A stretch of DNA of 64,000 nucleotides from a virus (Duplodnaviria; Heunggongvirae; Uroviricota; Caudoviricetes), in IMG/VR virus record IMGVR_UViG_3300031088_000793, one strand, 5' to 3'. The position numbers and the translations under genes are program-made. The notes under the pieces were generated by a model. The model saw only the letters and a program-made list of their open reading frames with translations. It was not told the DNA's origin and made no database searches. Of this stretch, positions 1 through 9,087 are shown piece by piece (position 1 is the first letter of the stretch; each line of letters opens with the position of its first letter).

Positions 1-17
1 GATGGACGCGAAGCATC

Positions 18-371
18 CTAAGATAAGACCTCTAGCCGGGGAGCCGAGCGGTCTTTAGCGTCGAGCTCTAGCTCTGAGGATCTGATTCGCACGCCGATGG
101 AATCCATCTGCTCCTCTGAGAGGTCCTCCCGGGAGAGCTCCAGGATCTGCACCCTGTCGCCGCTGCGAATGCCCCAGGAACAGCACAAGAGCATGGTTCG
201 GCGATCCTCAGGATTGCTCCAGCTCAGGATCCGGGGCTCCACGGAGCCGTCATCGGCTCTGGCCTCGAGGATCATGGAGGGCAGCTTCACCGAGGGGTCA
301 TCCTGTGATGGCACCCAGTCGAACTGCTCCTGGATGAGAGGACCGCGGTCTGCGGACTCAGAGTCAGCCAT
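18..371 (-). CDS. Hypothetical protein (117 aa)
   Basis: ORF with SD (AGGAAA) and upstream CACTGACCACAGA motif. Confidence 0.7.
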   Translation of the reverse strand: MADSESADRGPLIQEQFDWVPSQDDPSVKLPSMILEARADDGSVEPRILSWSNPEDRRTMLLCCSWGIRSGDRVQILELSREDLSEEQMDSIGVRIRSSELELDAKDRSAPRLEVLS

Positions 372-384
372 GGGAGTTTCCTGT

Positions 385-397
385 TCTGTGGTCAGTG
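385..397 (-). promoter_or_regulatory. Start-associated 13-mer CACTGACCACAGA, copy 1
   Basis: Identical 13-mer at 10656-10668 and 54403-54415, each just upstream of an SD/ATG. Confidence 0.65.
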
Positions 398-420
398 CTG
401 CTAGTGCGAAGGAGGGAGGC

Positions 421-570
421 TCAGAGGAGGCGGAGCTTGCTGAGGATCGGCGCTGCGGCCTCCGGGGTCAGGGTGACCGGGGAAGAGGCGCCGCCGACGA
501 TGCTCTCGAACTCAGTGGAGAGGGAGACCGACTCGAAGGAGCGGCTGAGGACTGGAGTGGAGGTGCCCAT
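421..570 (-). CDS. 49-aa ORF MGTSTPVLSRSFESVSLSTEFES...APILSKLRLL, not in the ORF track
   Basis: Manual translation. Leaderless promoter TTGACA(599-604)-N16-TAGCAT(577-582). Resembles both ends of the C-terminal domain of 655..1236. Confidence 0.7.
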   Translation of the reverse strand: MGTSTPVLSRSFESVSLSTEFESIVGGASSPVTLTPEAAAPILSKLRLL

Positions 571-654
571 AGAGCAATGCTACACTCTGAGCACAGTCTG
601 TCAACACCCGAGGGCCGCCGGAGTCGAAGTTCTCCCGGCGACCCTCGAGGGAGG

Positions 655-1236
655 CTACTCGCTGAGCCGAAGCTTCTTCAGGATGGGCTCGATCTTCTCC
701 CGATCCACCCGGATGTCGCTCTCGCTAGCGTGGATGTCGCTGAGGGTGATCTCCCCGGTCTCCTCAGAGATCCAGAGAGTGAAGGATTCCTCGATGACCT
801 CACCGCTCTGGTCGAAGCTTCCCTGGAGGCCGAAGCGGAGGAAGCGGCCCTCGGTGTCCTCGTTCTCAGTGTCGAGGCTGAGATCGTAGTCGGTGATCTT
901 CCGCAGCGTAGCAGTGTGGAGAGTGTCCACGAATTCCGTGCCTCGAAGACCGCTAAAGTCCCGGCTCTTGAGCTCAGTGGTGAGGTCAACTGACTTGAAG
1001 CTCTGAGCGAAGGGGATGTCGGAGCCGTAGGACGATTTTGCCGCAGTCTGAGCGGCATCGGGCCGGGTCTGAGTGTTCGAGAAGAGGTCCTCGCTCATGG
1101 TGCCCTCGTAGTTGGCCCGGGCCTCAGCGGCTGTTGCTCCGTGCTGGCTGTCGCTCTGGCCGAAGCGGCACTGAACCTCTGCGCTGCACTTGCCAGTGCG
1201 GCCAGTGGTGGGGTTGAAGTGGAAGCGATCAGCCAT
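655..1236 (-). CDS. HCCH-module protein 1, unknown acidic C-terminal domain
   Basis: N-terminus MADRFHFNPTTGRTGKCSAEVQCRFGQSDSQH is nearly identical to 12932..13744. SD AGGAG. Confidence 0.85.
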   Translation of the reverse strand: MADRFHFNPTTGRTGKCSAEVQCRFGQSDSQHGATAAEARANYEGTMSEDLFSNTQTRPDAAQTAAKSSYGSDIPFAQSFKSVDLTTELKSRDFSGLRGTEFVDTLHTATLRKITDYDLSLDTENEDTEGRFLRFGLQGSFDQSGEVIEESFTLWISEETGEITLSDIHASESDIRVDREKIEPILKKLRLSE

Positions 1237-1310
1237 GGGATCTCCTAGATTCGAGCTGCGGGGATGCTATGGGTCTACTTCTAATCGCTGAACCCTAGAG
1301 ATACTCCAGC

Positions 1311-1598
1311 TCAGAACCAGCGAGCGTTGAACTTCCAGCAGGGCTCAGTTCGACCCTCGGAAGCCGTCGCAGAGATCACCTTCCAGCCCACCGACCGGTA
1401 AAGCGAGGCAACCTGCTCCATCTCAGCCAGGAAGTCTTCCCGGCCCACGGGAGTGAGCGAGCTTCGGAGCTCCGACTCGCAGATCGCCACGGTGACTCCC
1501 GGGCTGGCCTTGAGGAATCCGTTGATCGAGTCGAGGAGCTCGTCCTGGAAGCTGTTCTCCGAGAAATGCTCGACCTCCGCTGGGCTGATTGCTGGCAT
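1311..1598 (-). CDS. Hypothetical protein (95 aa)
   Basis: ORF with SD-like AGGAGA upstream. Confidence 0.7.
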   Translation of the reverse strand: MPAISPAEVEHFSENSFQDELLDSINGFLKASPGVTVAICESELRSSLTPVGREDFLAEMEQVASLYRSVGWKVISATASEGRTEPCWKFNARWF

Positions 1599-1642
1599 CC
1601 TGATCTCCTTCGATTCTGCGGTGAATGCTCACCGTACCGAGC

Positions 1643-2146
1643 CTAGACAGCCATGAGCTCCTGCGCCTCACGCCAGACATCTTCGCAGAGAGCGAGATAC
1701 TCGTCCGCCTCTGCGGGGTCACCGAAGCACCGGCGAAGCTCGGCCTCCACCAGAGCGATGTCGTCGTGGCCAGGCTCAGTGGATGAGCGCAGGCTGTAGG
1801 CAGGGTCAGTGCGCTGGATCACTCCCGGCCGGTAGCCCTCGCCGTGGTCGAACTGTCCCCGGGACCCGTCGAGGATCCAGCCCGAGGTGGTCTCGATCCA
1901 CCAGTGAGCGTGCTCACCCTGCTCATCCCGGTAGATGCCGTTGGCGAGCTTGTGGCCGATCTCCAGATCGAGGAGGATGTGGCTGATGAAGGCGCTCACG
2001 CCGAGGCAGACTCCGGCGCCTCCGCCCCAGTAGAAGTCGGTGTCGTGGCGGATCAGGTCCGCGGCAGTAGCCACAGCGTGGAGCTCCCGGGGGAGATGAG
2101 CAGGAGGCCAGGATGTCGAGCCATCGCTGAGCGAGGAGTTTTCCAT
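1643..2146 (-). CDS. Papain/transglutaminase-fold (Cys-His-Asp) protein
   Basis: GVC...HAHWW...WILDGSRGQF pattern. Leaderless promoter TTGCGC-N17-TAGCAT. Confidence 0.6.
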   Translation of the reverse strand: MENSSLSDGSTSWPPAHLPRELHAVATAADLIRHDTDFYWGGGAGVCLGVSAFISHILLDLEIGHKLANGIYRDEQGEHAHWWIETTSGWILDGSRGQFDHGEGYRPGVIQRTDPAYSLRSSTEPGHDDIALVEAELRRCFGDPAEADEYLALCEDVWREAQELMAV

Positions 2147-2181
2147 GGGCCCATGCTATGTGGCCACTGAGCTGAGCGCAA

Positions 2182-2616
2182 CTACGAGAAGATGCTGTCC
2201 TTGGCATTGACCTCACAGCGGAGGAGGGGAGCGATGTTTGCAGCGATCACTCCATCGGCCTCACAGTCATAGTGGTAGCTGGTCTTGCCGATCCGGAGCA
2301 CTGTGCCGGTAGCGCTGTTCTCCAGCTCGATGTCCTGAGCCTCGGAGCAGAAGGTTCCGATGTCGCCCGCCAGGGGCTGAGCGCTTTCGAAGCCCTCGCA
2401 GGGAAGGAGCCCCACGCTGACATCATTGAGGTGGACGGTCCAGGGGAAGTCCGGCTCTCCGCTCTCCTTGATGAGGTTCTGGGAGTTCACCACATCCGGA
2501 GCGCCGATGAGCTGCCAGGGTGTGGGCTTACCGAGGGGGATCATGGCCAGGGAGAGGCCTACTGCCACCACGATGAGGCTCACGATCAGTCCGACTACGG
2601 CCTTAGTCACGGACAC
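2182..2616 (-). CDS. Membrane-anchored secreted protein with 4 Cys
   Basis: N-terminal hydrophobic helix, Cys pairs in the extracellular part. Confidence 0.7.
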   Translation of the reverse strand: MSVTKAVVGLIVSLIVVAVGLSLAMIPLGKPTPWQLIGAPDVVNSQNLIKESGEPDFPWTVHLNDVSVGLLPCEGFESAQPLAGDIGTFCSEAQDIELENSATGTVLRIGKTSYHYDCEADGVIAANIAPLLRCEVNAKDSIFS

Positions 2617-2684
2617 GGTGCCACCTCTCTGTCGAGCTCAGGGTCTCGAGGGAACTATCGTCTGCCGCAGAGCGATGCCGAGAG

Positions 2685-2720
2685 GAGAAAGTGGCGACCG
2701 GAGTGAGAAAGTGGCGACCG
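2685..2720 (+). repeat. Tandem 16-bp direct repeat GAGAAAGTGGCGACCG (20-bp period)
   Basis: Copies at 2685-2700 and 2705-2720 in a ~500 bp non-coding stretch. Confidence 0.8.
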
Positions 2721-3066
2721 ATCGAGCCGAGTGACCGCCGAGCCACCGCTACTCCGTTGAGATCTCAACCATTTCGGCTCCCTGAGCGCCGGAGAAAAAC
2801 ACACACGGCATAGATCATAGCTCTTGGAGCACCAGAGCGCGAGCAGCAGGCGCAGAGGAACTTACTCTAGACTAACTACAAGCTGTAGACAAGCCGGGGG
2901 AAGCTGATCCAGAGCGCAGCGAAGAGCCGTCCTAGTCCTGGGGAATCCTAGGGAGCTCAGACTGCGGACTGATCTCGACCTTCTCCGGGATCTCTTGCGA
3001 GGGACTTCTTCGCTACCTGCCCGTCTAAGACCACGGGGAACTGAGCATGAGTCGTTCTGCGCGAAG

Positions 3067-3102
3067 CAGCCCGGAGGCGCTGAGAGCGCAGCCTCCGGGC
3101 TG
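3067..3102. terminator. GC-rich hairpin downstream of 3150..3401
   Basis: 12-bp stem CAGCCCGGAGGC/GCCTCCGGGCTG. Confidence 0.65.
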
Positions 3103-3149
3103 TGAGTCGGTGGTGCTGCCTACGCTCCAGGATCAACTGGAGGCTGAGC

Positions 3150-3401
3150 CTAGAATGCGCCGTGGCGCTTGAGGACCTTCGAGGCGAGGACCATCACGCC
3201 GATGGCAGCAACCATGGTCAGAACGATCCAGCCGTAGACCTGGCCGATGGCGTCGATGGCCGGAGTGTCGAAGGTGAAGAGGATGACGAAGAAGCCGAAG
3301 ACGGTGAGCACGGAGCCGGCCCAGACAGCGTAGGCAGCGCCGTTGCCGACGGACTGGACGAGCTTGATGGCGGCGGGGGCGGTGGTGGTGTTGGCGTTCA
3401 T
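3150..3401 (-). CDS. Small 2-TM membrane protein
   Basis: Two hydrophobic helices. Leaderless promoter TTGACA..TAGTGT. Weakly similar to 19848..20174. Confidence 0.75.
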   Translation of the reverse strand: MNANTTTAPAAIKLVQSVGNGAAYAVWAGSVLTVFGFFVILFTFDTPAIDAIGQVYGWIVLTMVAAIGVMVLASKVLKRHGAF

Positions 3402-3520
3402 GGTTCAACACTACAATGAAGGTTCTCTCGCTGTCAACCGTTCTTCTGGAAGAGCTTTGGGCAAGGTGAAGATCGACCGGATTGAGGCTCGGAGCGCCGA
3501 GCAGAGAGGGCTGAAGCCCC

Positions 3521-3787
3521 ATGGACAGAGACATCGCAGCAGAGGCAAGATCCTGGCGAGAGACCACGGTGAGAAGCGAGCGAAGCTTAGAGCTCAGTTC
3601 AGCGCTCAAGGACCTAGGCGACGAGGACCGGCTAGTGGAGGCCTACGAGGCCTGGTGGGTCGAGTACACGGCGAAGATCAGGAGCTCCCCGACTGTGAAC
3701 TCCTGGGAGGGCATCTCCCAGCGGGACGCCCGAGCTGCTGGAGCCTCCGCCGACAGCCTCGTCGTGGAGCTCCTCAGCGCTGTCTGA
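3521..3787 (+). CDS. Hypothetical protein (88 aa)
   Basis: Protein-like composition, ends at the hairpin 3808-3840. Confidence 0.5.
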   Translation: MDRDIAAEARSWRETTVRSERSLELSSALKDLGDEDRLVEAYEAWWVEYTAKIRSSPTVNSWEGISQRDARAAGASADSLVVELLSAV

Positions 3788-3807
3788 AGGCGGTCTAAAT
3801 TGGACCA

Positions 3808-3840
3808 ACCCCCGCCAGGTTGGAAGACACCGGCGGGGGT
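3808..3840. terminator. Hairpin between convergent genes
   Basis: ACCCCCGCC/GGCGGGGGT stem. Confidence 0.6.
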
Positions 3841-3868
3841 TCGGTAGCGAGATGCTCTAACGCCTCTC

Positions 3869-4543
3869 TCAGCAACCCTCGGAGAGCTCCTCTAGGGCAC
3901 TTTCATCTGCTCGGGGAACCTTGAGCCCGTAGTGATCTGTGATCTTCGAGTAACCCTCGCTGTAGGCGCAGCGGTCGAAGTCCGAGGGCACACCCTCACA
4001 GCCGAAGCCCTGGGGTAAGAAGCTGTCGTAGCTCTCCGCACAGCCGTCGCTCCAGCTGAACTCTCCCGCTCGACTGTCTCGAAGGATGTCAGCAGGTGTC
4101 TTGGATGCCTTCCAGCCGTTGGCCTGGTGGCTTGTCACTGAGAAGTTGGCTCGGTCACTGCCGAAGGTGAGCTTGGCCTGGTCGTTCCAGTCCTGAGCTC
4201 CCATCTCGAGCGCTGCGCTCACGGGAACAATCCGATCCACCTCGAGGCGACGATCAGTGTCCTTCGACCGCCAGCTGTGCTCAGAGGGGGCGTCAGTGAG
4301 CTCGGGGGAGTAGAGGTCGGGGATGAAGGGGATGTCCGCCTTGGAGATCGCCGCCCTGGGGAGCCCGAAGGCCGGATCTCGCGCTTCCAGATCCTCGCTG
4401 GATTCGCCCCGGTAGCGAGGAGTCTCAGCGGAGGGATCTTCCGCCTGGGACTGGTAGAGCAGAGCGCCTCCGAGGAGTGCTACGACAGCCAGTGGAGCGA
4501 AGAGAAATTTCAGCAGGGGTCGCTTCGAGTTGCCGTCGGCCAT
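3869..4543 (-). CDS. Membrane-anchored/secreted DUF1524-like HNH protein, catalytic His apparently replaced
   Basis: Signal anchor, then EVDRIVPVSAALEMGA.DW...F.SD.AN...ANGWK...P and C.Y....I..HYGL.V...E..AL. Confidence 0.7.
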   Translation of the reverse strand: MADGNSKRPLLKFLFAPLAVVALLGGALLYQSQAEDPSAETPRYRGESSEDLEARDPAFGLPRAAISKADIPFIPDLYSPELTDAPSEHSWRSKDTDRRLEVDRIVPVSAALEMGAQDWNDQAKLTFGSDRANFSVTSHQANGWKASKTPADILRDSRAGEFSWSDGCAESYDSFLPQGFGCEGVPSDFDRCAYSEGYSKITDHYGLKVPRADESALEELSEGC

Positions 4544-4545
4544 GG

Positions 4546-4980
4546 TCAGTTCTCCTCGGAGGGTGTGAAGGGTGCGCAGATCTTAGCGCTGTTCCAGAAG
4601 CTCTCGTGGGCGCAGTCCATGCTCACGGGATCTTCCCCAGCCAGGGTCAGAGAGCTTCCCAGGGTGCCGACTCGAGCCTTGCCGAAGTAGCGGAACTCCA
4701 CAGAGCCATCCTCGGTGGCGTAGCACCGGCCCTTGGTGAAGTCCTCGCACTCGACCTTGGCCAGGGGCACCTCGGCCTTGCTGGCAGGATCCACATAGGC
4801 CCAGTCGCGCTCGCCGAACTGGACGCCTCCGCCGAGCTGAATGACCTGCACGCTGGAGGCAGCTGCATCCTCATAGCTGATGCGCTCTCGCTGGGCCGCA
4901 CAGCCAGAGAGCGCCAGGGCGAGGATCGCTGCGCCGAGGCCCAGGGCCGCGGTCCTTCGGAGCGTTCGATCCAGCGCCAT
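4546..4980 (-). CDS. Lipoprotein, family L copy 1
   Basis: Lipobox LSGC, WAYVDP..C..C..DGSVEFRY. Start moved to MALDRT. Confidence 0.8.
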   Translation of the reverse strand: MALDRTLRRTAALGLGAAILALALSGCAAQRERISYEDAAASSVQVIQLGGGVQFGERDWAYVDPASKAEVPLAKVECEDFTKGRCYATEDGSVEFRYFGKARVGTLGSSLTLAGEDPVSMDCAHESFWNSAKICAPFTPSEEN

Positions 4981-4982
4981 GG

Positions 4983-5396
4983 TCACTCGCTCTCTGCGGG
5001 GATCGGAGCGCACTCCAGCACGCCAGCCCAGAAGTCGGTGGAGGCGCAGTCAGCCTCCCGCTCGACGCCGTTGAGCACGATGCGCTCGGCGAGGAGGTTG
5101 CCGTGCTTGTCCCGGGAGTAGTGGAACTCCACGGTGTGGTCGGGGTCGGTCCAGCAGGCGCCGGAGAGGAACTCGGAACAGTCCTCGGAGAGCGCTCGCT
5201 CATCGCCCTCGGGGCTCACATAGCCCCAGCGCTTTCCGTCCCAGAAGTCGTGGCTGGTCTCGACGACACGCTCGGGGGAGGCCTGAACCTCCTCGATGGT
5301 GAGCTCCTGGGAGCAGCCAGTGAGGATCAGCGCGGCGAAGCCCAGCGCGCTCAGTGTGGCCGCAGTACGAGCAAAGCGGCGAATGGTGATGGTCAT
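4983..5396 (-). CDS. Lipoprotein, family L copy 2
   Basis: Lipobox LTGC, WGYVSP..C..C..D.TVEFHY. Leaderless promoter TTGTGC-N17-TAGCAT. Confidence 0.8.
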   Translation of the reverse strand: MTITIRRFARTAATLSALGFAALILTGCSQELTIEEVQASPERVVETSHDFWDGKRWGYVSPEGDERALSEDCSEFLSGACWTDPDHTVEFHYSRDKHGNLLAERIVLNGVEREADCASTDFWAGVLECAPIPAESE

Positions 5397-5453
5397 GGGA
5401 CCATGCTATACCATTCGCCGCCTCAGCACAATGCCGTCTAGCTCGACCCTGGG

Positions 5454-5861
5454 CTAGACGGGCTTAGGCTCTCCCGAGAACTCCATCTTTCCCACGGTGG
5501 CGAAGAGCTGCTTTCCATCGCTCGTGTAGAGCGTAGCGTCATTGGGCTCCTCGCCCCAGAGCTCGAAGCGGATTCTGAGCCCCCGAAGTCCCGAGGGGTC
5601 CTCAGGGGACTGAAGGGGCTCAAGGACTCGGATCAGCGCATTGAGCGCGGGCTCCAGCCAGTAGGCCTTGCCCGACTCTCCAACTGGCTCCAGTGAGAGC
5701 ATGCTGTCCTCGTCGATCTCCAGATCGAGCCAGAAGCTGATCTGCTCCCAGTGATCGGTGTCGATGGCGTTGAGGAGCCGAATGATCTCTTCCTTGGTGG
5801 TTCCCGGCGTTAGCTGGAACCTGAACTGTTCGAAGTCGCTGATGGTGGAGTAGTAGCCCAT
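5454..5861 (-). CDS. Phage-type hypothetical protein
   Basis: Start moved to MGYYST (SD upstream). GK.Y...L..LI and GEE.D motifs. Confidence 0.7.
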   Translation of the reverse strand: MGYYSTISDFEQFRFQLTPGTTKEEIIRLLNAIDTDHWEQISFWLDLEIDEDSMLSLEPVGESGKAYWLEPALNALIRVLEPLQSPEDPSGLRGLRIRFELWGEEPNDATLYTSDGKQLFATVGKMEFSGEPKPV

Positions 5862-5877
5862 GGTCTTTCCTCTTCTC

Positions 5878-6357
5878 TTAGAAGCTCGTGTAGAGCTGAA
5901 CGGTGAGCTCGAAGTCGGCACCCTCTGAGGCCTCGGCCAGCGCGCTGCGGATCTCGGCCACGGTGGCCTCGGGATCGAGCTTCAGTCCCTGGACACCTGC
6001 CCAATCCAGAGATGCCCCAACTGTCTCGGCGATGGTCTCTCCGCTGCGGTCTGACTCAGAGCCCGTTACCGCATCCGAGACTCGAGCGTAGTAACCACTC
6101 TCTTCCTCGTCGAGGAGGATCCTGAGGATGACTTCACCCTCATCTCCGCTGTAGCTCAGCGAGCGGGTATCCGGCTCTTCGGCCTCGGAGCGAGCACTGT
6201 CCTCGAGCTTCGCTTTCCTTGCCTGAGCGATGAGACTGGCCTTCGCGGACTTGATAGCTCGCTGAAGGCTGGCATCTGGCTCCATGCCTTCGAGGATTCT
6301 GAAGTACTCTCGCTGACCCGGAGTGAGCCCACTGAGGTCGGGGATGCTGCTGGCCAT
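5878..6357 (-). CDS. Hypothetical protein (159 aa)
   Basis: ORF with SD AGGAA. Confidence 0.7.
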   Translation of the reverse strand: MASSIPDLSGLTPGQREYFRILEGMEPDASLQRAIKSAKASLIAQARKAKLEDSARSEAEEPDTRSLSYSGDEGEVILRILLDEEESGYYARVSDAVTGSESDRSGETIAETVGASLDWAGVQGLKLDPEATVAEIRSALAEASEGADFELTVQLYTSF

Positions 6358-6434
6358 TGCTGTTCCTTCTGGGGAGTTCGATGCGTCGGGTAGTTCAGTG
6401 CTGTTGAGCAGTTGGGTGGAGCGGTCTGGCTGGG

Positions 6435-6830
6435 TCAGCCTTCGATCCGAGTCCAGACCTTGCCTCGAGGATCGCGCCTCAGGTAGTGGCCCTCGCTGAT
6501 TCCGTCGGCGAGGTTGTGCTGCAGGATCTCCAGCACTGTAACCATGTTCCTGTCGTGGATCCAGAGCGTGCGGTCGTAGTCCTCGGCATCGAGCACATCG
6601 CCGTCGGGAGCCACGAAGGAGCTCAGCAGGCCTTTCTCGTCGGTGAGGAGCTCGTAGCCCTCCGCCTCAGCGTAGATCTGCCGAAGGTCTGCCAGCACAT
6701 CGTCGCTGCCGTAGGGCGCGTTGGGATCGACTGCTACGGCCCCTGAGGACGGACCTCCGCCCCAGCTGAAGTTGAGCCTACGGAGGAGAGCCAGATCGAA
6801 GGCGGTGATGCGGAAGCTGTCGAGGGCCAT
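6435..6830 (-). CDS. RPYG-family protein, copy 1
   Basis: LALLRRL...VDP..PYGSDDVLADL..IY...RNM.TVLEIL, shared with 7402..8310 and 14708..15115. Confidence 0.8.
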   Translation of the reverse strand: MALDSFRITAFDLALLRRLNFSWGGGPSSGAVAVDPNAPYGSDDVLADLRQIYAEAEGYELLTDEKGLLSSFVAPDGDVLDAEDYDRTLWIHDRNMVTVLEILQHNLADGISEGHYLRRDPRGKVWTRIEG

Positions 6831-6880
6831 GGTGCTGTTCCTGTCTGTGGGTGCCTTAGAGGCGTAGATTTGAGTGAGAG

Positions 6881-7345
6881 CTAGGGGTTCATGGGACGGG
6901 GATCGGGGCTCTCGGGACCGCGCTCCATGGATCCGAGGAACTCACCGTCTCGGTCGTAGAAGAAGAGCTCGCTGCTGTCGCCGTTCTCGAAGCTCGCGGA
7001 GGCACTCTGGCCGAGCCAGCCGTTCTTGTACTCGCCGCTCTCGTCGGGGCAGGCCATCTTCGTACCGAAGAAGCCCTCGAACTGGATACGCCCCTCGTCG
7101 AAGGTCCACTGAGAGCCCTGGCCGTTGCAGCCATCGTTGCCTCGAGCCTCGCCGCCCTCTGAGAGCTCAAGGAACTGATCTTCGGCGTTCCAGAGGCCGA
7201 GGAAGTCCTGCTCAGTGATCTCGGGATCTGCTAGCCTTTCGGCCATCAGCGAGACGAGCACAACCGTGCTCACAGAGATCACGATGGCCGCAGCCACTGC
7301 GCCGACGAGTCCTGCCTTGGTGATCTGCTTGAATCCTGTGCTCAT
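6881..7345 (-). CDS. Membrane-anchored META (HslJ-like) domain protein
   Basis: TM helix, then G.DGCN...W......I.F..F.GTKMAC. Confidence 0.75.
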   Translation of the reverse strand: MSTGFKQITKAGLVGAVAAAIVISVSTVVLVSLMAERLADPEITEQDFLGLWNAEDQFLELSEGGEARGNDGCNGQGSQWTFDEGRIQFEGFFGTKMACPDESGEYKNGWLGQSASASFENGDSSELFFYDRDGEFLGSMERGPESPDPRPMNP

Positions 7346-7401
7346 GGTGGTATCCTCAATGCTTGATTTCTATGACGAACTATCAGCGCTGAGCTAGCGG
7401 C

Positions 7402-8310
7402 TCACCAGCTGTTGTCGAAGAGGTAGTCTCCCCGGGGGATCTCTCCCCGGCGGATGAGGTCAGCGAGGAGCCCTCGGAGCCCTGGAGGTGAAACTCGACG
7501 ATCACCGACCATGAGCGTTGCGCCTTCGAGGTCCTGGACACCGCTATCCCTGGCGGTGACCTCGCGCGGATTCTCTGTGTACTTGATCGAGAGCCAGTAC
7601 TCCAGCTCAGTGAGCCCGATCTTCCTGATGGGCCTCCAATCCGAATCGTAGCCAAGGACGATCTCCTTCAGATCAAACTCAGCGAGAGCTTCCTCATAGT
7701 CCGAGTCGGAGCCCAGGGTAATCTCCACGAGAGTGTCATTGGGAATCCCCTCCTCCGTGGCGATTGCCTCGATGAAGTTCACAGGGCGGCCGTAGACTCT
7801 GGCCGCGATCTCCTCTGCGGGAACCTGACCCCTGTATTCGCCGATCCGGTAGTAGGCCTTAGCGACGGGCGCTCCGGCGGCCTTCGGCTCAGCTGCTCCG
7901 TTGCTCCCAGCGCGCTTCCAATCCCAGAGGTAGAGACCGGAGCGCTCGTAGGTCCCCGGAGTGATGCCCTCGGGATTCTTCGCCAGGATCTGAAGAACTG
8001 TCTCCATCTGCCGGTGGGCACCCCAGATCTCCTCGTCGAGATCCGCGGCATCGAAGCTCGTTCCGTCGGCTCGAACGAAGCTGAACTCGAACTCCTCGTC
8101 CTCGGGTTCGTCCTCGTAGCGGAGCCCGGAGAGCTCTGCGTAGATCTCCCGGATGTCTGCGAGCACATCCGAGTTGCCGTAGGGCCGCTTGACATCCACG
8201 GTGGGTGCACCATCGTAGCCACCCTCATGCCAGCCGAACTCGAGCCGCTTGAGGAGAGCGATGTGGAGGGCGGTGAGCTCAAAGCTCGTAGCCGGGGTGG
8301 AGATTCCCAT
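7402..8310 (-). CDS. RPYG-family protein, copy 2, with extra C-terminal domain
   Basis: HIALLKRL..GAPTVDVKRPYGNSDVLADIREIY plus ~150 aa extension. Confidence 0.8.
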   Translation of the reverse strand: MGISTPATSFELTALHIALLKRLEFGWHEGGYDGAPTVDVKRPYGNSDVLADIREIYAELSGLRYEDEPEDEEFEFSFVRADGTSFDAADLDEEIWGAHRQMETVLQILAKNPEGITPGTYERSGLYLWDWKRAGSNGAAEPKAAGAPVAKAYYRIGEYRGQVPAEEIAARVYGRPVNFIEAIATEEGIPNDTLVEITLGSDSDYEEALAEFDLKEIVLGYDSDWRPIRKIGLTELEYWLSIKYTENPREVTARDSGVQDLEGATLMVGDRRVSPPGLRGLLADLIRRGEIPRGDYLFDNSW

Positions 8311-8368
8311 GGGATTCCTGTCTCTGAGGTTGTCTGAAAGCCTGTGCCTATCCGGGCTGATCCTGCGA

Positions 8369-9022
8369 TCAGCGCTTCGAGACGCGCTCCTCGATGTCGG
8401 CCTGGCTGAAGCCCGCGGGGTTGGCCAGGGCAGCGGTGCCGAGGACCCAGGGGAGGAGCCGAGCGATGTTCCGGGTGTCCGAGATGGCCCGGTGGGCGGT
8501 GCCCTCGAAGCTCAGGCCGGCGGTCTTCACAGCGCCTCCGAGGCCGAGCCGGCGCTTGATGCCCTGGCGCTCGCTGAAGGACTCCTTGATGTTGAAGTGA
8601 GGCTGAGGCAGCGGGTCGGGCACCCGGTGGAAGCGGACATCCTGGGTGAGCTGGTTCCGGTCGTACTTGCCCCAGGATCCCCACCAGCTGATCTCGTTCT
8701 CGGCGGCCCAGAGCGCGAGCTCGGCAGCCACCGACTTGAAGTCCTCAGCGGCGTCCACATCTGCCTGGGTGATGGTGGTGAGCTCCGTGGCGAAGGCCGA
8801 GAGCGTGGTGTGGCGGACGGGCCGGATGAAGCGAGCGAACTCGCTCAGGGTGTTGAGCTCGGGGTCCACCGCGATGGCGCCGATCTCGATGATCTCCATC
8901 TCACCCCGGGGCACCTCGATGGGGCCGGTGCCGTTGGAGCAGGTAGCCTCGAAGTCGAGGACGACGAAGTTCCCCGAGGGCACGGGGAGGCGGGGACCGA
9001 GAGTCCTGGTCGATGCTGTCAT
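8369..9022 (-). CDS. DEDDh 3'-5' exonuclease (ERI-1/KapD-like)
   Basis: VVLDFEATC, EIIEIGA, FIRP, WGKYD, HRAISD motifs. Start moved to MTAST. Confidence 0.9.
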   Translation of the reverse strand: MTASTRTLGPRLPVPSGNFVVLDFEATCSNGTGPIEVPRGEMEIIEIGAIAVDPELNTLSEFARFIRPVRHTTLSAFATELTTITQADVDAAEDFKSVAAELALWAAENEISWWGSWGKYDRNQLTQDVRFHRVPDPLPQPHFNIKESFSERQGIKRRLGLGGAVKTAGLSFEGTAHRAISDTRNIARLLPWVLGTAALANPAGFSQADIEERVSKR

Positions 9023-9087
9023 CTGTCTATTTCCTATCTGAAGTCTGTGGGTCTGCGGAGTTTGGATTCTGCAGGCTATCGGAGCGC

